A DNA stretch of 32,000 nt, from positions 960,001 to 992,000 of the forward strand of contig NC_008578.1 in assembly GCF_000015025.1 (NCBI RefSeq), given 5' to 3'. A program made the translations under genes and the position numbers. The DNA is from Acidothermus cellulolyticus 11B. GTDB taxonomy: Bacteria > Actinomycetota > Actinomycetes > Acidothermales > Acidothermaceae. Below the pieces are notes generated by a model. It did no database searches, was not told the origin of the DNA, and was given only the letters and a program-made list of their open reading frames with translations. This document shows positions 17,457-25,592 of the stretch, piece after piece; positions within the stretch are counted from its first letter, which is position 1, and each line of letters opens with the position of its first letter.

Positions 17457-17476
17457 AGTGCGGTGGGAGGCGGATA

Positions 17477-18244
17477 GTGCAGCCGGACTGGCGGCGGCGC
17501 ACCCGAGCCCTTGCCGGATACGCCGGCGGCGTCCTGCTGGGCGTTGCCGCGTGGCAGATCGTCGGGAGTCACAGCCAACCGCAGATCTTCGTTACCCTCA
17601 CCGCGACCCTGCGGCACCTCGGCAGCATGATCGACGATGGTACCTTGCCGCAGGCGCTGGTGAATTCGTTCTCGGTTTACGGCGCAGGGGTGGGAATTGC
17701 GATTCTTCTGGGTGCCCTCGGCGGTCTGCTTCTCGCACGAATTCGCGTGTTGCGGGTCGCCTTCGAGCCGTACATCATGGGGCTCTACGCCACGCCGCTC
17801 ATTGCGTTGATCCCGTTCATCCTCGCTCTGCTGGGGTACCGGTTCTGGCCGAAGGTCGTCGTCGTCTTTCTCTTTTGCGTTTTCCCGGTATTGCTGGCTA
17901 CCCAGCGAGGCGCCCAGAGCGTAGCGGTTGAGTTGATGGAGGTTGCCAAACTTTATCGATCGAGTGAACGGGCGATTTGGTTGCACGTCGTCATTCCGTA
18001 CACCCTGCCGTTCTTCATGACGGGTGTTCGCCAGGCGCTGGCCCGGGGACTTGTTGGCATGATCGCTGCCGATATCTTCCTCAGTGCGAACGGGCTCGGC
18101 GGCTTGCTCGTCTCGGCGGCCCAACAGTTCAGCACCGCCGAGATGCTCGCCGTTGTTCTCGTGATTACCGTCGCAGGCTTGATGCTGATGGCGGTCGGCC
18201 GGCTCGTGGAGAAGTACTTCGCTCGGTGGCGGGTGACCGGATGA
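17477..18244 (+). CDS. ABC transporter permease (NitT/TauT / SsuC-like family)
   Basis: Six-TM BPD-transporter permease with an EAA-like loop (EVAKLYRSSERAIWLHVVIPYTLP). GTG 17477 is preceded by GGGAGG. The upstream 125 codons of ORF 17102 are not protein-like. Confidence 0.85.
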   Translation: MQPDWRRRTRALAGYAGGVLLGVAAWQIVGSHSQPQIFVTLTATLRHLGSMIDDGTLPQALVNSFSVYGAGVGIAILLGALGGLLLARIRVLRVAFEPYIMGLYATPLIALIPFILALLGYRFWPKVVVVFLFCVFPVLLATQRGAQSVAVELMEVAKLYRSSERAIWLHVVIPYTLPFFMTGVRQALARGLVGMIAADIFLSANGLGGLLVSAAQQFSTAEMLAVVLVITVAGLMLMAVGRLVEKYFARWRVTG

Positions 18245-19071
18245 GCAGCGGTGTGGAAACGTTGCGCAGTACTCCGGTACGCGGAGACGACGAATGGGCG
18301 GCCGCGGGTGCCGGACCGTGGTGGTGTCGTCCCGCTGTGCTTCGTATTGCTGCGGGCGTGCTCATTCTTGCGGTCTGGCAGTTTGTCGTCGGATCGTGGG
18401 CTCCCCATTACGTGGCCCGACCGATCGGGGTCGTGCGCGACCTGCCGAAGGTCTTGACCGACAACGTCTTTTATCACGACCTCGGCAGTACGCTCTTCGC
18501 GGTCATCGTCGGCCTTCTCATTGCTCTCGTTGGCGGTAGTCTTCTCGGCCTTGTGGTGGGTCGACTGAGCGACGTGCAACGCGTTCTCGGCATGTACGTC
18601 AGCGGCCTCTATGCGATGCCCATCATCGCGCTGGTCCCGCTCATCACGGTCTGGTTCGGCTACAGCGCGACCACGCGCCTCGTCGTCATCGTCATCGAAG
18701 CAGGATTGCCGATCGTCTACAGCGTCGCGGAGGGAGCGCGGGCCGTCCCGGTGATGCACATCGAGGTGAGCCGGCTCTACCGTGCGCCCTGGTGGCGGGT
18801 CTGGGGCGGAGTCGTCCTTCCGGCGGCGGTACCGTACGTGCTTGCCGGCGTCGATCTGGCCATCGGCCGAGCGCTTATCGGCGCTGTCGCCGCTGAGTTC
18901 ATTGCAGCCGTCCATGGACTGGGCTATTACGTGCTCTCTCACGTCAATTCCTTCAAAGAGGATCAGGCATTCGTTGCTGTCTTAGCCTTGGCGCTCCTTG
19001 CCGTGCTCCTCCGGGCGGCGGTCAATGGGGCGACTCGGCGATGGCTCCGGTGGTACCGGCAGAGTGGCTGA
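18241..19071 (+). CDS. ABC transporter permease (second subunit, same family)
   Basis: Paralogous permease (EVSRLYRAPWWRVWGGVVLPAAVPY). ATG 18241 overlaps the previous stop (ATGA). Confidence 0.85.
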   Translation: MSSGVETLRSTPVRGDDEWAAAGAGPWWCRPAVLRIAAGVLILAVWQFVVGSWAPHYVARPIGVVRDLPKVLTDNVFYHDLGSTLFAVIVGLLIALVGGSLLGLVVGRLSDVQRVLGMYVSGLYAMPIIALVPLITVWFGYSATTRLVVIVIEAGLPIVYSVAEGARAVPVMHIEVSRLYRAPWWRVWGGVVLPAAVPYVLAGVDLAIGRALIGAVAAEFIAAVHGLGYYVLSHVNSFKEDQAFVAVLALALLAVLLRAAVNGATRRWLRWYRQSG

Positions 19072-19082
19072 GCGAGGGAACC

Positions 19083-19937
19083 GTGACCGCTTCACCGACG
19101 ATTCGCGTTGAGGGCTTGACGAAAGCCTTCGGCACGAGGGTTGTCTTCCGCGACCTCTCCTTTACGGTGGGGGGCGACGAAATTGTCTCCATCGTCGGAC
19201 CGTCCGGTTGCGGAAAGACCACCCTGCTGCGTTGCGTTGTCGGCTTGATGGCTCCAACCGATGGCGCGGTGTACATTCACGATCGGAGGGTGACCGAACC
19301 GCCGCCCGGAGTGGCGATGGTGTTCCAGAATTTTGGTCTCTTTCCATGGAAGACCGTCACGGCGAACATCGCCTATGGGCTGGTTGTTCAGGGCGTGCCG
19401 GCACGGGTCTGGCGGCCGAAAGTTGAGCACCTCATCAAGCTTGTCGGTTTAGCGGGTTTCGAGAAGGCGTATCCGTACCAACTCTCCGGCGGCATGCAGC
19501 AACGTGCCGGTCTCGCGCGTGCACTGGCCATCGACCCCACGGTCCTGGCGATGGATGAGCCGTTCGCCTCCCTTGATGCACAGACCCGTGACCTCCTGCA
19601 GCTTGAGGTGCTGCGGATCTGGGATGCACACCCGGTGGCGACACTCTTCGTCACGCACTCGATCGACGAAGCTGTGCTGATGGGGGATCGTGTCGTGATT
19701 TTGCGTGGCCGGCCGAGTCAAATCTTCGACATTGTGACTGTTGGACTACCAAGGCCCAGGACGCGGGAGGCCGTCGACACGGAGCGGTTCCGGATCGTAC
19801 GCGATTACGTCTGGAACGCGGTGATGCAAACGGATTCACCGGCATCTCCCCTCAACGATGCTGCAGCGTCCGTTCACCAAGGCGTCGCTTCTTCGGCACG
19901 TATCGTCGGGCACGAGACAGGACAGGAAAGAAGATGA
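19083..19937 (+). CDS. ABC transporter ATP-binding protein (NitT/TauT family)
   Basis: Walker A GPSGCGKTT, signature LSGGMQQR, Walker B LAMDEPFASLD. GTG 19083 is preceded by GAGGGA (ATG 19041 is an alternative). Confidence 0.88.
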   Translation: MTASPTIRVEGLTKAFGTRVVFRDLSFTVGGDEIVSIVGPSGCGKTTLLRCVVGLMAPTDGAVYIHDRRVTEPPPGVAMVFQNFGLFPWKTVTANIAYGLVVQGVPARVWRPKVEHLIKLVGLAGFEKAYPYQLSGGMQQRAGLARALAIDPTVLAMDEPFASLDAQTRDLLQLEVLRIWDAHPVATLFVTHSIDEAVLMGDRVVILRGRPSQIFDIVTVGLPRPRTREAVDTERFRIVRDYVWNAVMQTDSPASPLNDAAASVHQGVASSARIVGHETGQERR

Positions 19938-21106
19938 CAACACGCGCACTCAACCAGCGGCTGGCATGGGCCAGCCTTCTCACCGCAGGAATGCTTGCCC
20001 TTGCAGCGTGCAGCAGTTCCAAGCCGGCGTCGACGTCCGCGGCATCCTCGACGGCTGCACCGAGTAGTGCAGCGTCCAGCTCGGCGAGCTCTCCGGCAAG
20101 TTCAGCGAGCGGGTCGGCCGGCGCCTCGGCACCCACGGCGCCGCACGGCACCGCCCCGGTGAGCCCCCCTCCGGCAGGACCGCTGCCTAAGCTGACCATC
20201 GGAAGTCCAGGCGTGCCGCCGGTCGTCTCCGGTCTGCTTCCCTACATCGCCGACAAGAAGGGCTTTTACAAGGCGTTCGGCGTCGACGTGACGGTGAAGA
20301 GCTTCACGACTGGTACCGATGCCACGCGAGCCATGTCCACCGGACAGATTGACATAGCCATCGCGCCTCCCGCTCAGGTGGTGGCATTGGTCGCGAAAGG
20401 CATCCCTATCGTCGCGATCCAAGGACAAGAGAATCCTGACTGGGTTGTCGTCTCTACCGATCCGGCCATCAACTCGTGTCAGAAACTCAAGGGTCAGGGC
20501 GTCGGTGTCGACGCGATCGGCGGCATCCGGTACACCGCACTTGCCGTGATGCTCAAGACCTGCGGTCTTACCATTAAGGACGTTCATCCGCTGGCCTTCC
20601 CAGGTGACGCCAACCCGCAAGCAGTCATCGCCGGTCAACTGAAGGTGTCCGTGCTGCACCTCAATGAGGTGGTAGCGGTTCAGCAGCAACTCGGCAAGCC
20701 GCTGACCACCGTGATGGTGCAAGCGCAGGTTGTGCCGAACTCCATGTATGAGATGTTCGCCACCTTGAAGAGCAAGCTCGACCAGAACAGGGACGCTTTC
20801 GTCCGGTTCGTTGCTGCGCAGATCGCTACCTTGAATTGGATGTTTGATCCCGCCAATGCCGACGAGGTGGCTCAGCTGGCGACCGTGGTTGGCGACAGCG
20901 CCCAGGTGATGAAGCAGGCGATGGCCGAGTACAAGCAGATGGATTTCTGGAGCCTTGACAGCGCCGGACTGCCGCAGACGAATGTTGAGAATGTCATCAA
21001 ATCTCAAGTCGCGGCAGGCAATGTGCCGGCGGACAAGGCCCCGACTTACAGCCAGATCGTCGACCTCTCGGTGTACCAGGACGCGCAGAAGCTCGTCCAG
21101 CCGTAG
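19934..21106 (+). CDS. ABC substrate-binding lipoprotein, NMT1/THI5-like (SsuA/TauA-type)
   Basis: Signal peptide with lipobox LAAC, then a ~65-aa Ser/Ala/Pro linker and a type-2 periplasmic-binding fold. ATG overlaps the ATPase stop (ATGA). Confidence 0.85.
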   Translation: MTTRALNQRLAWASLLTAGMLALAACSSSKPASTSAASSTAAPSSAASSSASSPASSASGSAGASAPTAPHGTAPVSPPPAGPLPKLTIGSPGVPPVVSGLLPYIADKKGFYKAFGVDVTVKSFTTGTDATRAMSTGQIDIAIAPPAQVVALVAKGIPIVAIQGQENPDWVVVSTDPAINSCQKLKGQGVGVDAIGGIRYTALAVMLKTCGLTIKDVHPLAFPGDANPQAVIAGQLKVSVLHLNEVVAVQQQLGKPLTTVMVQAQVVPNSMYEMFATLKSKLDQNRDAFVRFVAAQIATLNWMFDPANADEVAQLATVVGDSAQVMKQAMAEYKQMDFWSLDSAGLPQTNVENVIKSQVAAGNVPADKAPTYSQIVDLSVYQDAQKLVQP

Positions 21107-21233
21107 CCGTGAGGCGGCATGCCGGGTGAACCGGTTGGCCGAGCGGATGACGTTCAGGCAAGCGCTTCGATAACGAGCCGAAGCGGTGCGGAGTGCGCAT
21201 GAACCGTGCGTACGGCCGGTGCGGCGTCGATGC

Positions 21234-21279
21234 GGCGGTTTCCTGGCCCACGAAACGACCGGCGGGCCAGGAAACCGTC
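21234..21279 (+). terminator. Strong hairpin (13 perfect bp GGTTTCCTGGCCC / GGGCCAGGAAACC, extendable to ~16 bp, 14-nt loop); possible U-tail-less terminator of the ABC operon
   Basis: Arms read directly at 21237-21249 and 21264-21276, ~130 nt after the binding-protein stop. There is no T-tract, so the assignment is tentative. Confidence 0.4.
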
Positions 21280-21547
21280 CACCGGCCCCCTCGCCGTGAC
21301 TGCTTCCGTCCGCCGCAGTCTGTTTGGTCCACTGAACGTGGGTGTCCGGCGCTGCGGCGGTGTCGTTACCCGAACGGTGGAGATCAATGGAAACCAAGGG
21401 AAAGTCCGGCGGTGGTCGGGACGAGTTGATGCGCACGGCAAACCTGGCTGCGGTGCTTCGAATCGAGCGTTGCGCCGGACGTCCTGCGCGCATCGGACAG
21501 ACGCTGGGCGCGCTGATCGCCCTGAGGCCGGCGGAAGGTGGAGGACC

Positions 21548-22621
21548 ATGGTGGATGAGCGCGTAAGAATCGCGATTGAGAATTGGGGCCCCCGCTTCAC
21601 GACGAACGGGGTGACGTACAGCGACTTCCACGAGGTGCTCAGTCGCATCACCACGTGGGAGGAGTGGTGCTCGGCGTGGTGCACCGCCGCGGAGCCGTAC
21701 GTGGAACTGGGCAGAGCGGCGCTTGACGAGGGGCGTACGTTGTCCGCAGGAGATCACTTCTCGCAAGCAGCCGTGTATTATCACTTTGCGAAGTTTCTCT
21801 TCGTCGATGACATGGAACAAATGCGCGCTGCGCACCAGAAGGCCGTGGAGTGTCTCACCACCGCCCTGCCCTATCTCGATCCGCCGGGTCGGCGCATCAC
21901 CGTTCCGTTTGAAGGCGCGCGGATGGTCGGCATCCTGCGCCTGCCGCGCGGCGAGCCGCCTTTCCCCGCGGTCATGCTCATTCCGGGGCTTGACTCAACC
22001 AAGGAGGAGTTCCGTTCCACCGAGCAACTCTTCCTGCAGCGTGGATTGGCGACATTCTCTGTCGACGGACCCGGCCAAGGCGAGGCCGAGTACGACTTAC
22101 CGATCCGGCCGGACTGGGAGGTTCCAGGCGCGGCGTTGCTCGATGCCCTGGCTTCTCAACCTGAGATTGATCCAGCCCGGCTGGGGATCTGGGGCGTTAG
22201 TCTCGGAGGTTATTACGCTCCGCGGCTGGCTAGCGGTGATCAACGTGTCAAGGCGTGTATCGCCCTTGCCGGACCCTGGAACTTTGGTGCGTGTTGGGAC
22301 GGACTCAACGAGTTGACCCGGGCGGCGTTCCGGGTCCGATCGCGGAGTCGTTCCGACGAGGAGGCACGCGCAAAAGCCGCCCAACTGACGCTCGACGGCC
22401 GCGCGGAAAGGATTCGCTGCCCCTTACTCGTCGTTGCCGGAAAGCGGGATCGACTGATTCCTTGGCAGGATGCGGTCAGACTCGCCGAGGCGGCAGGGTC
22501 GCAGGCGGAATTGCTCCTGCTGGAGAACGGAAATCACGGCGGCATGAACGTTGCTGCGCAGCATCGGCAGCGATCGGCGGATTGGATGGCCCGCATTCTC
22601 GGCGGGCGAGTGGCCGGATGA
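21548..22621 (+). CDS. Alpha/beta hydrolase, DHPON-hydrolase/FrsA-like family
   Basis: Nucleophile elbow GVSLGG. Family-like blocks NWGPRFTTNGVTYSDF, YYHFAKFLF, GLDSTKEE and DGPGQGE. ATG 21548 is preceded by GGAAGGTGGAGGA. The upstream in-frame stretch is not protein-like. Confidence 0.8.
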   Translation: MVDERVRIAIENWGPRFTTNGVTYSDFHEVLSRITTWEEWCSAWCTAAEPYVELGRAALDEGRTLSAGDHFSQAAVYYHFAKFLFVDDMEQMRAAHQKAVECLTTALPYLDPPGRRITVPFEGARMVGILRLPRGEPPFPAVMLIPGLDSTKEEFRSTEQLFLQRGLATFSVDGPGQGEAEYDLPIRPDWEVPGAALLDALASQPEIDPARLGIWGVSLGGYYAPRLASGDQRVKACIALAGPWNFGACWDGLNELTRAAFRVRSRSRSDEEARAKAAQLTLDGRAERIRCPLLVVAGKRDRLIPWQDAVRLAEAAGSQAELLLLENGNHGGMNVAAQHRQRSADWMARILGGRVAG

Positions 22622-22692
22622 CATGAACCGTCTGCGCGACTCAGCGGTGCGGTTCCCTCACAGTGTGCGATGGGATAAGGAGGTTGTCAAAC

Positions 22693-23349
22693 ATGGCGCC
22701 GAAACAGCGCATCAGCTACGTTCCCTTTGATGCGATGGACGAGGCGATGCAGGCGGAAATTCTCCGTTGTGCGCGCGAGGGCACGCCGCGGCCGGAGAGC
22801 TCCGCGGTCCGCGCCCACGCTCCGAACGCCTTCTGGGCGTTCGCCAATTCGTGGAAAGCCTTGTTTCACGAGGGAATCTGCGACCACGCGATCAAGGATC
22901 TGTGCCGGATCTACATTTCCCGGACGGTCAAGTGTGAGTACTGCGGTAATCAGCGGTCAACAAAGGCGATGGCGAAGGGCCTGTCGGAGGCTCAGTATGA
23001 CGAGTTGTTGAACTTCGAGTCATCCGACAAATACGACGATCGTCAGAAAGCCGCACTTGCGTATGCCGAGGCGATCGCGTGGGGGACAGACAGCGACGAG
23101 CTGTGGGATCGTCTTCACCGCCATTTCTCCGAGGTCGAATTGGTCGAGCTCGGCTGCTTCATCGCGTTGACGTTCGGTCAGCAGAGCTGGATTCGGCTGC
23201 TGAACATCGAGCACCATGAGTATCTTCCGGGAACGTCGGCCGGCATGGCGCCCGGCTTCGAGACGCGCGACGCCCTGGAGAAGACGAAAGCGTCCTCCGA
23301 CTACTGGGCGGTGAAGGTGGCAGGCGGACCACGCTCCTCCACCGCGTGA
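22693..23349 (+). CDS. Carboxymuconolactone decarboxylase (AhpD-like) family protein with CEYC motif
   Basis: CMD-domain helices around VKCEYCGNQ. Strong RBS AAGGAGG lies before ATG 22693. Confidence 0.8.
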   Translation: MAPKQRISYVPFDAMDEAMQAEILRCAREGTPRPESSAVRAHAPNAFWAFANSWKALFHEGICDHAIKDLCRIYISRTVKCEYCGNQRSTKAMAKGLSEAQYDELLNFESSDKYDDRQKAALAYAEAIAWGTDSDELWDRLHRHFSEVELVELGCFIALTFGQQSWIRLLNIEHHEYLPGTSAGMAPGFETRDALEKTKASSDYWAVKVAGGPRSSTA

Positions 23350-23372
23350 GCGGCGAGGCGCCTGCGCGGGCC

Positions 23373-24512
23373 CTAGAGCTCGGTCAGAATCGGAGAGTGG
23401 GGTCGGCTCGGGGATACGCTGTCGGGCCGGTCCTGCGTGGCGGGAGCACGAAGCGTCGTCTCACCGCTTTGCCTGGCGCCCCCCGGCCGACGAGAAGAGG
23501 CCGGCGGAGCAGTCGAGCCCCGGACGACAAGCTCCAACGGGAGAAGGATCGATTTCGCGGGCGTATCGGGCTTGTGAAGGCGTTCGAGGAGCATGTGGGC
23601 CGCCTCGGACCCGACCCGATAATGCGGAATGCGCACCGTGGTAAGGGCGGGCTGAAGCTTGTCAACGATGGGCATGTCGTTGAAGCCGACGATGCTGAGC
23701 TCGTCAGGGCAGTGAATGCCGCGCTCGCGCATGAGGTCGTAACACCCGAGCGCCAGGAGGTCGTTGCCGGCCAGGACGGCGGTGAATTCCACGCCGCGAT
23801 CAAGGAGTTCGGCAAGGCCGCGGGCGCCCTCCGCTTCGGTCCACGCGCTGCAGTGGGCAACGAGGTCGTCATCGTGCGGCAAGCCAAGGTCCTGCAGCGC
23901 TTGCCGGTAGGCGCGCAGCCGGAATTGACCAGTCGACGTGTGCTGCGGGCCGGCGAGATGTGCGATGCGGCGATGACCGAGCGTCACCAGGTGATGCACC
24001 GCGAGGTACACGCCGCCCGCGTCATCTCCGGTCACTGACGGGAAGCCGGGGGTGTTCATTCGCCGGTTGATGAGGACCAGCGGCACCCGCTGCTCCCCCA
24101 GCCGCTGGAGAAGCGGGTCCTCCAAGAGTGCGGTCGCCAGAATGAGTCCGTCGACCTGGCGGGCGCGCAGCGACGCGATGTGAGCGGCCTCGCGTTCCTT
24201 GTCGTTGTCTGTGTTGACAAGCAAGAGGCTGTACCCGAGAGGGCTCAGCACGTCGTCGATGCCGCGCACAATCGGTGGAAACAGGAGGTTCGTCAGGTCA
24301 GGGATGACAACGCCGATCGAATTCGTGCGGTTCGTTTTCAGACTTCTCGCGATCGGGTTGGCGACGTAGCCGAGCTGCGCGGCCGCTTCGAGGACCCGTT
24401 GCGCCGTCTCCGCGCTCACCATCGAGCGGGTGGCGGGATTGAGCGCCCGCGATGCGGTGGCGGCATGGACGCCGGCCAATCGCGCGACATCGCGGAGGCG
24501 GGGCACGGTCAT
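23373..24512 (-). CDS. LacI-family transcriptional regulator (candidate regulator of the accessory block)
   Basis: HTH LRDVARLAGVHAATASRALN, hinge ARSLKTNRTNSIGVVIPD and a sugar-binding-type core. A ~50-aa low-complexity C-terminal tail follows. Start taken at MTVPRL (ATG 24512). Confidence 0.85.
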   Translation of the reverse strand: MTVPRLRDVARLAGVHAATASRALNPATRSMVSAETAQRVLEAAAQLGYVANPIARSLKTNRTNSIGVVIPDLTNLLFPPIVRGIDDVLSPLGYSLLLVNTDNDKEREAAHIASLRARQVDGLILATALLEDPLLQRLGEQRVPLVLINRRMNTPGFPSVTGDDAGGVYLAVHHLVTLGHRRIAHLAGPQHTSTGQFRLRAYRQALQDLGLPHDDDLVAHCSAWTEAEGARGLAELLDRGVEFTAVLAGNDLLALGCYDLMRERGIHCPDELSIVGFNDMPIVDKLQPALTTVRIPHYRVGSEAAHMLLERLHKPDTPAKSILLPLELVVRGSTAPPASSRRPGGARQSGETTLRAPATQDRPDSVSPSRPHSPILTEL

Positions 24513-24617
24513 GAGTCTCATTATCCGGGTGAACAACCGATTGTCCATGGAAAGCAGCGGCGGGAGCGGCTCGCGCAGTGGCGCGGAAGGAGTGCACCGT
24601 CTCGCGCCGTCCGCTGC

Positions 24618-25535
24618 TCAGCTGGTCGGGTTTGGGGGAAATTCTCGATCCGTGACCGCTGCGAGCACGGTGGCAGACTCGGTCTCGGCGCCCATGGAGG
24701 CGCCTGAACCGTACTGGAGGCGCAGACGGAGGACGGTAGCCCACGCATCAGTGTCGATGCGGCCGTCCGGAATGAGTCCCTCGCGGTCGTTGACCAGTGT
24801 CCGATAGAAGAGATTGGCCGCTGTCGGGGAGAGTCCCATCTCGGCAGTGATCAAATCTATCGTCTCGGAGCGATACCGAGGGTCGGTGGTCCGTCGCAGC
24901 GCTTCCGTCCACGCCGCCGCCAACTGACGGGCGAGCCCGCGATGAGCGTCGAGCCAGCTCGTCGTCGTCGCCAACACGCTTCCCAGGTAGGGCTCAAAAC
25001 GGTCGACGACTCGCATCAGTCGGTTGCAGCCGGCTTCTTCGGCGAGGATGTCCTGACCGGCGTTGAGCATCGTCGCGTCGCACTCACCTGCGAGCAGGGC
25101 GGATCGTCGACGGGGGGTGGCGCCGAGCTCGACGACGTCGAATTCGTCCCGCCGGATGCCCGCCGTGGCAAGGAGACCAAACATCGCCAGCGCGAAGCCG
25201 GAATGCGTGACGTCGACGGCCACGCGCCGCCCGATGAGCTGGCTCGGGTCTCGAATCTCAGGTCGGGCAAGGAGCGAGAGCCCTAAACCGCGATCGATAC
25301 CGAGCAGGATGCGGAGATCGAGCGGCTGTCCCAGCCGAGCGGCGAACCGGTAGGCGAGGACATTGTCCGGGCTCGTCACCACCACGTCGTACTCCCCGGC
25401 GGCGAGTGCGGCGAACTGCGCCAAGGACGAGGCGACGCGCTCGGCGTGCAGCAGGATGCCGTCGGCGGCGAGCGCCGTGATGACGCGGGGGAGCACCGGA
25501 GAGGGACTGAAGTAGCCGAGGCGCACCTCTGACAT
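24618..25535 (-). CDS. NMT1/THI5-like periplasmic-binding-fold protein without signal peptide
   Basis: Starts MSEVRLGYFSPSPVL with no hydrophobic leader or lipobox. Has a type-2 PBP-like alternating pattern. RBS GAGGAG lies upstream. Immediately upstream of, and co-oriented with, the LacI gene. Confidence 0.7.
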   Translation of the reverse strand: MSEVRLGYFSPSPVLPRVITALAADGILLHAERVASSLAQFAALAAGEYDVVVTSPDNVLAYRFAARLGQPLDLRILLGIDRGLGLSLLARPEIRDPSQLIGRRVAVDVTHSGFALAMFGLLATAGIRRDEFDVVELGATPRRRSALLAGECDATMLNAGQDILAEEAGCNRLMRVVDRFEPYLGSVLATTTSWLDAHRGLARQLAAAWTEALRRTTDPRYRSETIDLITAEMGLSPTAANLFYRTLVNDREGLIPDGRIDTDAWATVLRLRLQYGSGASMGAETESATVLAAVTDREFPPNPTS

Positions 25536-25548
25536 CGTGACTCCTCAT

Positions 25549-25560
25549 ACAAACGGTTGC
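25549..25560. promoter_or_regulatory. Operator-like site C, ACAAACGGTTGC
   Basis: Regulon motif within the 57-bp divergent region between the NMT1-like/LacI operon and the LVIVD operon. Confidence 0.55.
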
Positions 25561-25592
25561 GTCGATGATAGGGGCAGCAGCTAGGCTGAGCC

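Noticed and set aside
17102-17476. N-terminal extensions of track ORFs: 17102 for the permease, 21206 for the hydrolase, 27214 for the Fe-S subunit, 27756 for the Mo subunit, 2077 for araB, 1605-1730 for araR, 10166-10246 for fabH
   Set aside because: The extended parts are not protein-like. Downstream starts have RBS motifs or stop-start overlaps and give family-typical N-termini.
17173-17476. Possible riboswitch in the importer leader
   Set aside because: I could not find core motifs of the TPP, cobalamin, SAM, purine, ZTP, glycine or guanidine classes by eye. It is kept only as an unexplained leader in the findings. Infernal/Rfam is needed for a real answer.
21397-21410. AGGGAAAGTCCGGC, resembling the RNase P RNA conserved GAGGAAAGUCCGGGC element
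   Set aside because: None of the other universally conserved RNase P RNA blocks that I remember is present in the surrounding 440 nt. A single short match is most likely chance.
20102-21835. 577-aa minus-strand ORF, the longest unexplained ORF in the track
   Set aside because: It is antisense to the lipoprotein binding-protein gene and to the start of the hydrolase gene. Its composition is dominated by Arg, Gly, His and Leu with no motifs, and it has no RBS or start context. I judge it a GC-driven artefact.
25564-25569. -10-like GATGAT for the LVIVD operon, and weak promoter guesses in the ara spacer (TTGACG 2020-2025)
   Set aside because: No properly spaced partner hexamer could be found, so they are not reported as features.
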